A stretch of 64,000 bases of DNA. Origin: an uncultured Acidobacteriota bacterium (GTDB lineage: Bacteria > Acidobacteriota > Vicinamibacteria > Vicinamibacterales > UBA2999). Positions 17,940-26,325 of this stretch are shown piece by piece. The notes below the pieces were generated by a model. That model was not told the origin of the DNA. It saw nothing but the letters and a program-made list of their open reading frames with translations, and made no database searches. Location of the stretch: NCBI GenBank assembly GCA_902826515.1, contig CADEFD010000003.1:968-64967 (forward strand), given 5' to 3'. The number at the start of each line of letters is the position of its first letter. Positions within the stretch are counted from its first letter, which is position 1. Both the position numbers and the translations under genes were made by a program.

Positions 17940-18413
17940 TCAGCCGCGCCGATCGACGAGGGAGGCCTGGCTGATCGACGGCGTGAGCACGCGCCGGTAG
18001 GCGGCGAGCGTCGTCTCGCCCTGTTCCAGGCTGGCGACGGCGGCCCGGCGCGCCAGTTCGGCGTCGGCGAGCGACTGCATCGACTCTTCGTCGGTGGCGA
18101 GGATGCGCGCGACGAGCCCCGACGCCTGCTGACGGAGGGCGACCACCTCGGCATATCCACCGAGCGTGGCCACCCGGTCACGGGCGGCGCTGAGCCGGGC
18201 GCGCACCGGCTGCAGGCCTTCTTCCACGGCGACGAGCGCGCGCGTCAGCCGATCGCGTTCGTCGCCTTCGATGCCCAGTTGTTCGAAATCGCGCCGTGCC
18301 GTGACGCCGCGCTGCCGCGCCGCGACCAGGGCGAGCTGCTCGAGCAGCGCGATCTCGGCGTCGAGGCCGGCGCGGTACTGCGCCAGCGCATCGACGAGGG
18401 CATGGTCGTTCAC
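17940..18413 (-). CDS. Hypothetical helical protein downstream of fliS (FliT/FlgN-like chaperone candidate)
   Basis: 157-aa, all-helical-looking. Start overlaps the fliS stop, in the position occupied by fliT in fliDST operons. No diagnostic motif. Confidence 0.3.
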   Translation of the reverse strand: MNDHALVDALAQYRAGLDAEIALLEQLALVAARQRGVTARRDFEQLGIEGDERDRLTRALVAVEEGLQPVRARLSAARDRVATLGGYAEVVALRQQASGLVARILATDEESMQSLADAELARRAAVASLEQGETTLAAYRRVLTPSISQASLVDRRG

Positions 18414-18811
18414 GCCGCGCCCCGCACCGCCGCGTCGGCGGCCGGCGTGGCGATGGTGACCCAGCTGTCGCGCAGCACGGTCAGCACGCGCGTGGCGTCG
18501 TCGATCGGGCCGACGCTGTTCTCGGCGGCGGCGGCGATGATGCGGCCATTCACGTAGATGTAGAGCTCGTCGAGGCGCTGGGCGAGTTCGCCGCCCTGCT
18601 CCATGTTGAGCGTGCTCTGCAGCTCCGAGATGATCGTGATGGCACGTGAGGAGGCATCGCGGCGGGCGGCGATGTCGCCGCGCTCGATGGCCTCGCGGGC
18701 CTGGTGCAGGAACGTGAGGGCGCCGTCGTAGAGCATCACCACGAGCTCGAGCGGCGTGCGCGACTGCACCTGGGTCTGGCGATACGTTGTCAGGCCACGC
18801 TGAAGTGACAT
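18410..18811 (-). CDS. fliS: FliS, flagellin-specific chaperone
   Basis: TPLELVVMLYDGALTFLHQAREAIERGDIAARRDASSRAITIISELQSTLNMEQGGELAQRLDELYIYV is a canonical FliS. Confidence 0.93.
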   Translation of the reverse strand: MSLQRGLTTYRQTQVQSRTPLELVVMLYDGALTFLHQAREAIERGDIAARRDASSRAITIISELQSTLNMEQGGELAQRLDELYIYVNGRIIAAAAENSVGPIDDATRVLTVLRDSWVTIATPAADAAVRGAA

Positions 18812-18831
18812 CCGTCGGATCTCCGTGAGGG

Positions 18832-20196
18832 TTAGAGCGACGCCCCGAAGTTCGCGAGTGATCCCGACTGCCCCTGCAGCTGGCTCATGGCGGCGTCGGC
18901 GGCGATGAACTCGCGCTGGAGGGCGGCACGGCGCACCGCCAGGCGGTTCTGCATGTTGGCGATCGAATCGGTCAGGCGCGTCGCCTGTTCGGTCATCTGC
19001 TTGCGCGCGCCAGGGATCATGCCGTCGGTTTGCGTGTAAGCGTCGAGCTGCGTGTCGAGCGTGGCGAACGCTCCGGGAATGCCGGTGGAGCCTGCAAACA
19101 GCTTCTCGATGTCGGCGGTGCCCGAGGCGAGCGCCGAGGTCAGCCTCGCTTCGTTCAGCTCGAGGGTGCCGGTCCGCGTGAACTCGATGCCCACCTGTGA
19201 CAGCGCCGAGAAGGCGCCGCCGGTGCCGAACTGGCCGACCAGCGTGGACCGGATCTGGTCCTTGATCTGGCGCAGCAGCGGGTCGCGGCCGATGCTGGCT
19301 GTGTTGCCGTTCTGCGCCGACGTGCCCTGCTCGGTCACGAACTTCTGGAAGTCGTTGTACGCCTTCACGAAGTCCTGGATCTTCGTCTTGACGCCGGCGG
19401 TGTCGGTGGCCACGTCGACGACGATGCTCTTCGTCGGGTCCTTCTGGAAGGCCGTGATCGTCACGCCCGGCACCGCCGAGGTGATGGTGTTGGTGGTGCT
19501 CGTGATCGGGATGTTGTTCACGAGCAGCGACGCGTCGCTCGCCTGCACGGCGTTGTCGGCGGCCGAGTCGCCCGAGATGCCGTCGCTGTCGTCGTCGCCG
19601 AAGCTGACGCCGGAGCCGCCCGTGAGGTTGTTGGTGATCGTGAAGGCGTTGGCCTGGCCGGTGTCCTTGGCCGACAGCACGAGCCGGTAGCTGGACGGCC
19701 CCGACTGCACGACGCTCGCCCGCGCCGGCGGATTGCCGGCGGCGTTGATGGCGTCGGCGAGCTGGCGCAGTGTCGTGGATCCGGCCAGGGTGACCGTCAC
19801 GCCGCCGATCGTGATGGTGCCGCCCGAGGCGACGACCGTATCGGGATCGGGCGCAGCGGTCGTGGACGCGGTGACCTGCGCCTTGGCGAGCTCGTTCACG
19901 ACCACGTCGTAGCGGCCGGGAATCGCCGCGGACGTGGCCGAGACCGAGAGAGCCGACGTGTTGCTGCTCGTGGCGGTATACCCGCTGAGCTGCGACGTAT
20001 CGGCCAGTTTGGCGGCCGCCTGCTGCACGGCCAGGGCGCGCGTCGTCAGCGTGCCGAACGTGGCCGCCTTCGACTGCAGCGCGGCCTGCCGGTTCTGCAG
20101 CGCGACCAGCGGCTGACTCTCCTGAGTCATGATGATCGACAGGATCTGGTTGAAATCGATCCCGTTGGCGCCACTGAACGTGATGGGCGAACTCAC
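18832..20196 (-). CDS. fliD: FliD, filament cap protein
   Basis: SGANGIDFNQILSIIMTQESQPLVALQNRQAALQSKAATFGTL at the N-terminus. C-terminal RRAALQREFIAADAAMSQLQGQ. GTG start with a GAAGGAGGA RBS. Confidence 0.93.
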   Translation of the reverse strand: MSSPITFSGANGIDFNQILSIIMTQESQPLVALQNRQAALQSKAATFGTLTTRALAVQQAAAKLADTSQLSGYTATSSNTSALSVSATSAAIPGRYDVVVNELAKAQVTASTTAAPDPDTVVASGGTITIGGVTVTLAGSTTLRQLADAINAAGNPPARASVVQSGPSSYRLVLSAKDTGQANAFTITNNLTGGSGVSFGDDDSDGISGDSAADNAVQASDASLLVNNIPITSTTNTITSAVPGVTITAFQKDPTKSIVVDVATDTAGVKTKIQDFVKAYNDFQKFVTEQGTSAQNGNTASIGRDPLLRQIKDQIRSTLVGQFGTGGAFSALSQVGIEFTRTGTLELNEARLTSALASGTADIEKLFAGSTGIPGAFATLDTQLDAYTQTDGMIPGARKQMTEQATRLTDSIANMQNRLAVRRAALQREFIAADAAMSQLQGQSGSLANFGASL

Positions 20197-20244
20197 ACGT
20201 CCTCCTTCACCGGCCCTGGACGCGGGCCAGTCCCCAAGAAAAGC

Positions 20245-20260
20245 TGCGAAAACCCTGCCA
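20245..20260 (-). promoter_or_regulatory. Candidate sigma-54 promoter upstream of fliD
   Basis: Minus strand reads TGGCAGGGTTTTCGCA. The GG-N10-GC spacing is exact. It lies ~50 nt upstream of the fliD GTG. Confidence 0.4.
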
Positions 20261-20269
20261 ACGTGAAAG

Positions 20270-20300
20270 GACGGGCAGGCGGTGGGGGCGCCCGCCCGTC
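20270..20300 (-). terminator. GC-rich hairpin after fliC (possible terminator or attenuator)
   Basis: GACGGGC...GCCCGTC 7-bp stem plus inner GC pairs. On the minus strand it is followed by CTTTCAC, only a short T run. Confidence 0.35.
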
Positions 20301-20344
20301 ACTTCACTGATCCGTCACCCCGGCGAACCGGGGCGCTCCGGGGT

Positions 20345-21142
20345 TTACCGGAGGAGCGACAGCACCTGCGAGCTCTGCTGGTTGGCCTGCGCGAGGGCGG
20401 CGATACCGCTCTGCGTCAGGATGTTGTAGCGCGCCAGGTTGGCCGACTCTTCGGCCACGTTGGCGTCGCGGATGCGGCTTTCGGCGGCCTTGGTGTTGAC
20501 CGCCTGATACTGCGCCAGGCCGGTCGCGTACTGGAGGCGGTTCTGCAGCGAACCGACGCTGCCGACCACGGTGCCGACCGTGCCGACGGCCGTCGTGATC
20601 GCGGTGACCGCGCTGGCGGCGCCGCCCGCGGTCGAGATGTTCAGCGCGGCGATGCCCAGCGTGGTGGTATCGGCCGCGCCGATGGTGCCGCCGACGGTGC
20701 CGGAGGCGCCGCTGCTCACGAAGACCGAGAAGCCCTGCGCGGTGCCGAGACCGGCCACCGTGACTTCACGGGCGATTTCCGAGACCACGTCGGTGAACTC
20801 GTTGTTCAGCGTGGTGCGGTTGCCGGTGAACCCGGCCGAGGCCGACTGCGACGCCAGCGTCGCGAGACGGTCGAGAAGCGTGCTCACGTTGTCGAGCGCG
20901 CCGTTCTTGATCTGCAGCGTGGAGAGTCCGTCGTTCGCGTTACGAATGCCCTGGTTGAGAACCGCCTGTTCCGACCGGTACGAGTTGGCCACCGCGAGGC
21001 CGGCCGCGTCGTCGCCCGCCTGGTTGATGCGGAAGCCGCTCGACAGCCGCGTGAGGGTGCGCTGCAGGCCGATGTTCGTCGTGTTGAGGTTCGCCTGCGC
21101 GTTCTGCGCCGACACGTTGCTGACAACTGAGAATGAAGCCAT
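20345..21142 (-). CDS. fliC: Flagellin (short, 265 aa)
   Basis: MASFSVVSNVSAQNAQANLNTTNIGLQRTLTRLSSGFRINQAGDDAAGLAVANS...IRDANVAEESANLARYNILTQSGIAALAQANQQSSQVLSLLR. GGAGGAG RBS. The ORF-track start at 21307 is an upstream extension. Confidence 0.95.
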   Translation of the reverse strand: MASFSVVSNVSAQNAQANLNTTNIGLQRTLTRLSSGFRINQAGDDAAGLAVANSYRSEQAVLNQGIRNANDGLSTLQIKNGALDNVSTLLDRLATLASQSASAGFTGNRTTLNNEFTDVVSEIAREVTVAGLGTAQGFSVFVSSGASGTVGGTIGAADTTTLGIAALNISTAGGAASAVTAITTAVGTVGTVVGSVGSLQNRLQYATGLAQYQAVNTKAAESRIRDANVAEESANLARYNILTQSGIAALAQANQQSSQVLSLLR

Positions 21143-21150
21143 CTGAAGTC

Positions 21151-21185
21151 TCCTCCGTGAGTCCGGGCCGGCGTCCCTGCCGGCC
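21151..21185 (-). promoter_or_regulatory. Putative CsrA binding sites in the fliC 5' leader
   Basis: Leader RNA has hairpin GGCCGGC-AGGGAC-GCCGGCC (21166-21185) presenting GGA in its loop. It also has CACGGAGGA overlapping the Shine-Dalgarno (21151-21159). Confidence 0.5.
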
Positions 21186-21221
21186 GTGCGCGCGGGGCAT
21201 GTGACCCACGCGTCGGGGAGG

Positions 21222-21248
21222 TAATCGGAGGTCGCCCGCGGAGCTTTA
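21222..21248 (-). promoter_or_regulatory. Sigma-28-type promoter of fliC
   Basis: Minus strand reads TAAAGCTC-N11-TCCGATTA versus TAAAGTTT-N11-GCCGATAA. It lies ~80 nt upstream of the fliC ATG. Confidence 0.65.
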
Positions 21249-21266
21249 ATGCGGGTGTCGGCGGGT

Positions 21267-21282
21267 TGGCATGGATCCGGCT
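21267..21282 (+). promoter_or_regulatory. Weak sigma-54-like element upstream of the glycosylation operon
   Basis: TGGCATGGATCCGGCT. The GG/GC spacing is correct but the -12 region is poor (CGGCT). It lies 26 nt upstream of ATG 21308. Confidence 0.2.
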
Positions 21283-21307
21283 CTGGTGGAGGCCGGAGAC
21301 ACGTCAC

Positions 21308-21916
21308 ATGGTCGACTGCCTGGTCAACGACATCCCGGAACGCTTCGATTTCCTGCCGGAAACGTGGGGAGCGCTGCTCGCCGGCCTCGATCGCCGCATC
21401 AGCGCCGGCCGCCGGGTGGTGACGGCCGTGCGATTCGATGGTGTCGACCAGCCGTCATTCCGGCACCCCGACCTGGCCGGCGTGGCCCTCGAACGGATTG
21501 CACGGATCGACGTCGAGGCCGAGGATGCCGGGGCGCTGCTCAGGGCCGCGGTGGACGCGGCGACCGACAGCCTGCCCGACCTCGTGGCCGGCGTCGGCCA
21601 GACGGCGGCCGCGCTGCGCGGCGGCGCGCCCGACGCGCAGACCCAGCTCGGCACGCTCGTCGTCGCCCTGCAGTCGCTGATGTCGCTGACGGTCGCCGCC
21701 GGCACCGCGGCTGACATCTCGTATGGCGCCGAGGACGGTGCCGACGCCGTGGTGCGCGGCGCCTGCGCCCGCATCGAAGCGGCGCTTGCCACCCTGGTCG
21801 CCCGGCAGACCGACGGCGACCCGCGCGCGGTGGCCGACGCCCTCGACGAACACCTCGCGCCGGCCGTCGCCGGCTGGTCCGATGTCCTGACTCCTATTCG
21901 CATGAGGGCCGCATGA
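21308..21916 (+). CDS. Hypothetical protein, first gene of the glycosylation operon
   Basis: Strong GC3 coding pattern. The stop overlaps the next start. No recognisable motif. A TTG start at 21266 is possible. Confidence 0.5.
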   Translation: MVDCLVNDIPERFDFLPETWGALLAGLDRRISAGRRVVTAVRFDGVDQPSFRHPDLAGVALERIARIDVEAEDAGALLRAAVDAATDSLPDLVAGVGQTAAALRGGAPDAQTQLGTLVVALQSLMSLTVAAGTAADISYGAEDGADAVVRGACARIEAALATLVARQTDGDPRAVADALDEHLAPAVAGWSDVLTPIRMRAA

Positions 21917-22422
21917 GCGTCTCCTACGGACACCCCGCCCCGGGGATGAGCACGATCTTCTTCGCTTCCACCGGACTGCACCTCCGCTACCGCTGCGATC
22001 CGCTCGGCCACCAGATCGTGGTGACCGACGACGCCGGCGAAGTCGTGCGCGTCTTCGGCGGCTTCGGCCGCAAGGCCGGCGCGCTCGACACGCCGCTCGA
22101 CGTCGTGTTCGTGCGGCCCGAGTTCGCCGGCGAACGCCTGCCGGTCGATTCGGCCGACGCCGTGTGGGTGGCGGTGGCCGACTACGGCAACCGCCGCGTG
22201 CAGGTCTTCGAGCTCGACGGCAGCACGGTGGGCGAGTTCTCGCTCGACGCGTCCGACGGCACCCCGTGGTCGCCGACCGGTCTCGTGTGGCGCTCGCCGG
22301 TGCTCGAGGTCGAAGGCCTCGACGGCGCGCGGACGGCGGTGCATCTGAGCGCGGCGCTCCTTGCCGGCGCCGGCCGCACCACCTTCAGCCGGACCCTGCA
22401 GGGCGGCGAGGCGCGGCACTGA
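21913..22422 (+). CDS. NHL-repeat-like beta-propeller fragment protein
   Basis: LDTPLDVVFV...VAVADYGNRRVQVFELDG resembles an NHL repeat (P.GvavD..g.iyVaD..N.RvqvF). Confidence 0.4.
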   Translation: MSVSYGHPAPGMSTIFFASTGLHLRYRCDPLGHQIVVTDDAGEVVRVFGGFGRKAGALDTPLDVVFVRPEFAGERLPVDSADAVWVAVADYGNRRVQVFELDGSTVGEFSLDASDGTPWSPTGLVWRSPVLEVEGLDGARTAVHLSAALLAGAGRTTFSRTLQGGEARH

Positions 22423-23588
22423 TGGCGCCCGTCACCACCACCGCCGTGCGATTTGCGCCGCCGGTCATCGGCCGCGGCGAAATCGACGAAGTGGTTGCCG
22501 CGCTCGAGTCGGGCTGGCTCTCGACCGGCCCGCGCGTGCGCCAGTTCGAGACGGCCTTTGCCGCCTACACCGGCGCGCCGCACGCGCTGGCGCTCAACTC
22601 GTGCACGGCGGCGCTGCATCTGGCGCTGCTCGCCTACGAGGTCGGGCCGGGCGACGAGGTGGTGACGACGCCGCTCACGTTCTGCGCGACGGCGAACGTC
22701 GCCATCCACACCGGCGCCACGCCGCGATTCGCCGACATCGATCCGCACACGTGGAATCTGTCGCCGGCCGCCGCCGAGGCCGCGGTGACCACGAAAACGC
22801 GCGCCGTCGTGCCGGTGCACTTCGCCGGCCGCCCGGTGGACGTGGCCGCGTTCCGCGCGCTGGCCACGCGGCATCGCCTGGCGCTCATCGAAGACGCGGC
22901 GCACGCTGTCGAAGCGGTGTCGGCGGGCCGGAAGATCGGTGCCACGGCCGACGTCACGTGTTTCAGCTTCTACGCCACGAAGAATCTGACGACGGGTGAG
23001 GGCGGCATGCTCACGACGGCCTCCGACGAGGTGGCGCGTTTTGCCCGCACGGCCTCCCAGCACGGCATCAGCCGCGACGGCTGGGCCCGCTACAAGGAAC
23101 TCGGCAGCCCGCACTACGACGTGCTGTTCCCGGGTTTCAAATACAACATGATGGACCTGCAGGCCGCCATCGGCCTGCACCAGCTGGCCGGGCTCGCCGC
23201 GCGCACGGCGCGCCGCGAGTCGGTGTGGGGGATCTACGACGAGGGGCTCGCCGACCTGCCGCTCGGGCGGCCGGCGCCGGTGCCTTCGGGCGACGTGCAC
23301 GCGCGGCACCTGTATTCGGTGCTCGTCGGACCGGAGTCGGGCTGGACGCGCGACGACCTCATCGCCCACCTCGCCACGCGCGGCATCGCGACCAGCGTGC
23401 ACTTCCGCGCACTGCACCTCCACCCGTACTACCGCGAGCGCTACCGCCTCACGCGCGGCATGTTCCCCGAAGCGGAACGGGTCTCGGACCAGATCGTGTC
23501 GCTGCCGTTCGGCGGCGGCATGACCGACGACGAGGCCTGGACGGTCGTGGATGTGCTGCGGCGGGCAATTCCGGGACGGACGCGCTGA
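22422..23588 (+). CDS. pseC: DegT/DnrJ/EryC1-family PLP aminotransferase (PseC-like)
   Basis: GRGEIDEVVAALESGWLSTGPRVRQFETAFAAYTG..ALALNSCTAALHLAL...FSFYATKNLTTGEGGML (catalytic Lys context). Confidence 0.8.
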   Translation: MAPVTTTAVRFAPPVIGRGEIDEVVAALESGWLSTGPRVRQFETAFAAYTGAPHALALNSCTAALHLALLAYEVGPGDEVVTTPLTFCATANVAIHTGATPRFADIDPHTWNLSPAAAEAAVTTKTRAVVPVHFAGRPVDVAAFRALATRHRLALIEDAAHAVEAVSAGRKIGATADVTCFSFYATKNLTTGEGGMLTTASDEVARFARTASQHGISRDGWARYKELGSPHYDVLFPGFKYNMMDLQAAIGLHQLAGLAARTARRESVWGIYDEGLADLPLGRPAPVPSGDVHARHLYSVLVGPESGWTRDDLIAHLATRGIATSVHFRALHLHPYYRERYRLTRGMFPEAERVSDQIVSLPFGGGMTDDEAWTVVDVLRRAIPGRTR

Positions 23589-24568
23589 TGCCGATTATCC
23601 GACACGTGGCGGTCGTCTTTCGCATCGCGGCCGGCCCCCGCCTGGGTTTCGGCCACCTGATCCGGTGCCGCGCCATCGCGCGCGCCCTCGGCGTCATGCC
23701 GCGCGTCTCGATCCGCGGCACCGCGGCGACGCGTCGCGCCGGCGCCGCGCTCGGGCTGCGTGTGATTGACGGCGGTCCGGGCCTGCTCGACCGCGAAATG
23801 CCGCAGATCCTCGTGGTGGACGACCCGTCCGCCCCGGCGGCGCGCCCCTGGGTGTCGGCGGCCCGACGCCGCGGCATTCCGGTCGCGACCATTCACGACG
23901 CGGGCCTGGCCCGCGTGGACGCCGACCTCGTCATCGACGGCAGCGTGCGCACGGCGCCGCAGGCCGATGCCACCCGGCTCTTCGGGCCGCGTTACGCCGT
24001 CATCGACCCCCGCGTCGCGGCGCTCGGCGCCGGACGCCGGCCCACGAAGGGGAGCGTGCTCGTGGCGGTGGGCGGCGGCGCTCATGTCTTCGCCCTCGTG
24101 CCGGCCGTCGTGGCCGCTCTGGCCCGGCGCGTGCCCGGCCTCGACATCCAGGTGGCGGCCGGGTTCACGCCGCGGCATCGGCGTCCGGCGCTGCCGGCGG
24201 GCCGCTGGCTCGCGCCCGGGAAGCTCGGCCGCGCGCTCGCCTCGGCGCAGGTCGCGATCGTGGCCGGCGGCCTCACCGCCTACGAAGCCTGCGCGCTCGG
24301 CGTGCCGGTCGTAGCCGTGTCGGTCGTGCCGGCGCAGCAGCCCACGGTGCGGGCGCTGGCCCGGCGCGGCGCGGCAGTGGACGGCGGTCCGCTCGGGACG
24401 GCCGGCGCGGCGCGCCGCGTCGCCGAGCACTCGACCCGCCTGCTGGCGGCGCCGGCCGCACGGCGGCGGCTCGCAGCCAACGGCCGCCGGCTCGTCGATG
24501 GCCGCGGCGCGGCTCGCGTCGCCGTGGCGCTGCGCGCGCTGGCGCGGCAGGGAGGGACCCGTGGCTGA
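23588..24568 (+). CDS. pseG: PseG-like UDP-sugar hydrolase (GT28 C-terminal-like)
   Basis: N-terminal FRIAAGPRLGFGHLIRCRAIARAL matches the PseG FRxD..xIGxGHxxRC signature. C-terminal AIVAGGLTAYEACALGVPVV. Confidence 0.65.
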   Translation: MPIIRHVAVVFRIAAGPRLGFGHLIRCRAIARALGVMPRVSIRGTAATRRAGAALGLRVIDGGPGLLDREMPQILVVDDPSAPAARPWVSAARRRGIPVATIHDAGLARVDADLVIDGSVRTAPQADATRLFGPRYAVIDPRVAALGAGRRPTKGSVLVAVGGGAHVFALVPAVVAALARRVPGLDIQVAAGFTPRHRRPALPAGRWLAPGKLGRALASAQVAIVAGGLTAYEACALGVPVVAVSVVPAQQPTVRALARRGAAVDGGPLGTAGAARRVAEHSTRLLAAPAARRRLAANGRRLVDGRGAARVAVALRALARQGGTRG

Positions 24569-25259
24569 GCGTCGCGCCATCCTGTTCGATCTCGACGACA
24601 CGCTCTATCCGCTCGAGCGGTTCGTGATGAGCGGCTTCCGCGCCGTCGCGGCCGCCGTCGACGCCCGCTGGCGGGTGCCGCGGGCCGCCGCGCTCGAAAC
24701 GCTCGTGAGCGCCGTCGCGGCCTCGCGGGGGCGTGAACTGCAGGTGCTCGCCGAACGGCACGGCCTCGCCGCCGATGTCGTGCCGGAACTCGTGGACGTC
24801 ATCCGCCGGCATGTGCCCGAACTGCGCCTGCCCGAACTCAGCCTGTCGGTGCTCGGCGCGCTGCGCCGCGACTGGCGTCTCGGCATCGTCACGAACGGCC
24901 GGCCCGACATCCAGGCCCGCAAGGTGCGCGCGCTCGGCGTGCACCGCCTCGTGGACGTCATCGTCTACGCGCACGGCGTCGGCACCGGCGCCGGCAAACC
25001 GGACGCGGCGCCGTTCCTCGATGCCTGCCGGCAGCTCGGTGTCGCCCCGGCGGCGACCGTGTTCGTCGGCGATGACCCCGACTGCGACATCGCCGGCGCG
25101 CATGCCGTCGGCATGAAGACGATCTGGCTGCCCGCCCGTGTCGCCCCGCAGACGGCGCGCCCGGCGGAGCTGGCCGATGTGATCGTGGCCTCGCTGGCCG
25201 ATGTGCCGGCGGCTGCCACCCGACTCCTTGCGCCCGAATGGAGGGCCCATGTTGCCTGA
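24561..25259 (+). CDS. HAD-superfamily hydrolase
   Basis: ILFDLDDTLY (DxDxT motif I), TNG (motif II), VFVGDDPDCDIAGA (motif IV). GTG start overlaps the pseG end. Confidence 0.75.
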   Translation: MAERRAILFDLDDTLYPLERFVMSGFRAVAAAVDARWRVPRAAALETLVSAVAASRGRELQVLAERHGLAADVVPELVDVIRRHVPELRLPELSLSVLGALRRDWRLGIVTNGRPDIQARKVRALGVHRLVDVIVYAHGVGTGAGKPDAAPFLDACRQLGVAPAATVFVGDDPDCDIAGAHAVGMKTIWLPARVAPQTARPAELADVIVASLADVPAAATRLLAPEWRAHVA

Positions 25260-26325
25260 CGCCACTCAACTGCGTATCGGCGGCCGTGTGGCCGGCGACG
25301 GCGCGCCGCTCTTCGTCATCGCCGAGATCGGCCTCAATCACGACGGCTCGCTCGATCGGGCGCTCGCGCTCGTGGACGCGGCGGCTGCGGCCGGCGCCTC
25401 GGCCGTGAAGGTCCAGGCGCTCATCGCCGAGGAACTCGTGGCGCCGGGCGCGCCGGCGCCGATGCACGTCGAGGCGGCCTCGCTCGTGGACTTCTTCCGC
25501 CGCTTCGAACTCGACGAAGACAGCTACGCGCGCATCGCCGCCCGCGCCCGCGAACGCGGCCTGGCCTTCATCGCCACGCCGTTCTCCGAGGCCGCCGTGG
25601 ACATGCTGGAGCGGGTCGGTGTGGACGCCTGGAAGATCGCGAGCGGCGATGTGACGTGGGAACGCCTCATCGCCCGCTGCGGCGCCACCGGGAAGCCACT
25701 CATCATCTCGACCGGCATGTCGTCGCTCCAGGAAGCGCAGCGCGCGCTCTACTGGGCGATGCGGGCCGGCGCCTCCGGTGTGGCGCTGCTGCACTGCGTC
25801 TCGGCCTATCCGGTGCCGAAGGGCAGCGAGAACCTGCGCGCCATCGCCACACTCGGCATGGCCTGCCGCGCGCTGGTCGGTTTCTCGGACCACGGCGGCG
25901 ACGGCTTCTCGGTGCCGCTCGCCGTCGCCATGGGCGCAGCCCTCTACGAACGCCATCTCGTGCTCCAGGCCGACGACGACAGCATCGATGCCGAGGTCTC
26001 GAGCACTCCGGGAGAACTGGCCGGCATCGTGCGCGCCGCGGCGCGGACCCAGGCGGCCCTCGGGACCGGCGTGAAAGTGTGCCTGCCGGCGGAGAAGGGC
26101 AATGTCGAACCGAGCCGCCGCGCCCTGTACGCGCGCCGGCGGCTGCCGGCCGGACACGTCGTGTCGGCCGCCGATCTCATCGCGCTCCGGCCGGCGCACG
26201 GCCTCGGCGCCGACCGCCAGCGCGAGCTGGTGGGCCAGCGGCTCAGCCGCGACGTGGACGCCGGCGCGCCCTTCCAGCTCGCCGACCTGCACGCCCTCGA
26301 CAAGGGAACCGAACATGTCGCTTAA
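25249..26325 (+). CDS. pseI: NeuB-family nonulosonic acid synthase (PseI-like)
   Basis: PLFVIAEIGLNHDGSLDRALALVDAAAAAGASAVKVQ, FIATPFSEAAVDML, KIASGD. C-terminal SAF domain (RRALYARRRLPAGHVVSAADL). Confidence 0.85.
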   Translation: MLPDATQLRIGGRVAGDGAPLFVIAEIGLNHDGSLDRALALVDAAAAAGASAVKVQALIAEELVAPGAPAPMHVEAASLVDFFRRFELDEDSYARIAARARERGLAFIATPFSEAAVDMLERVGVDAWKIASGDVTWERLIARCGATGKPLIISTGMSSLQEAQRALYWAMRAGASGVALLHCVSAYPVPKGSENLRAIATLGMACRALVGFSDHGGDGFSVPLAVAMGAALYERHLVLQADDDSIDAEVSSTPGELAGIVRAAARTQAALGTGVKVCLPAEKGNVEPSRRALYARRRLPAGHVVSAADLIALRPAHGLGADRQRELVGQRLSRDVDAGAPFQLADLHALDKGTEHVA

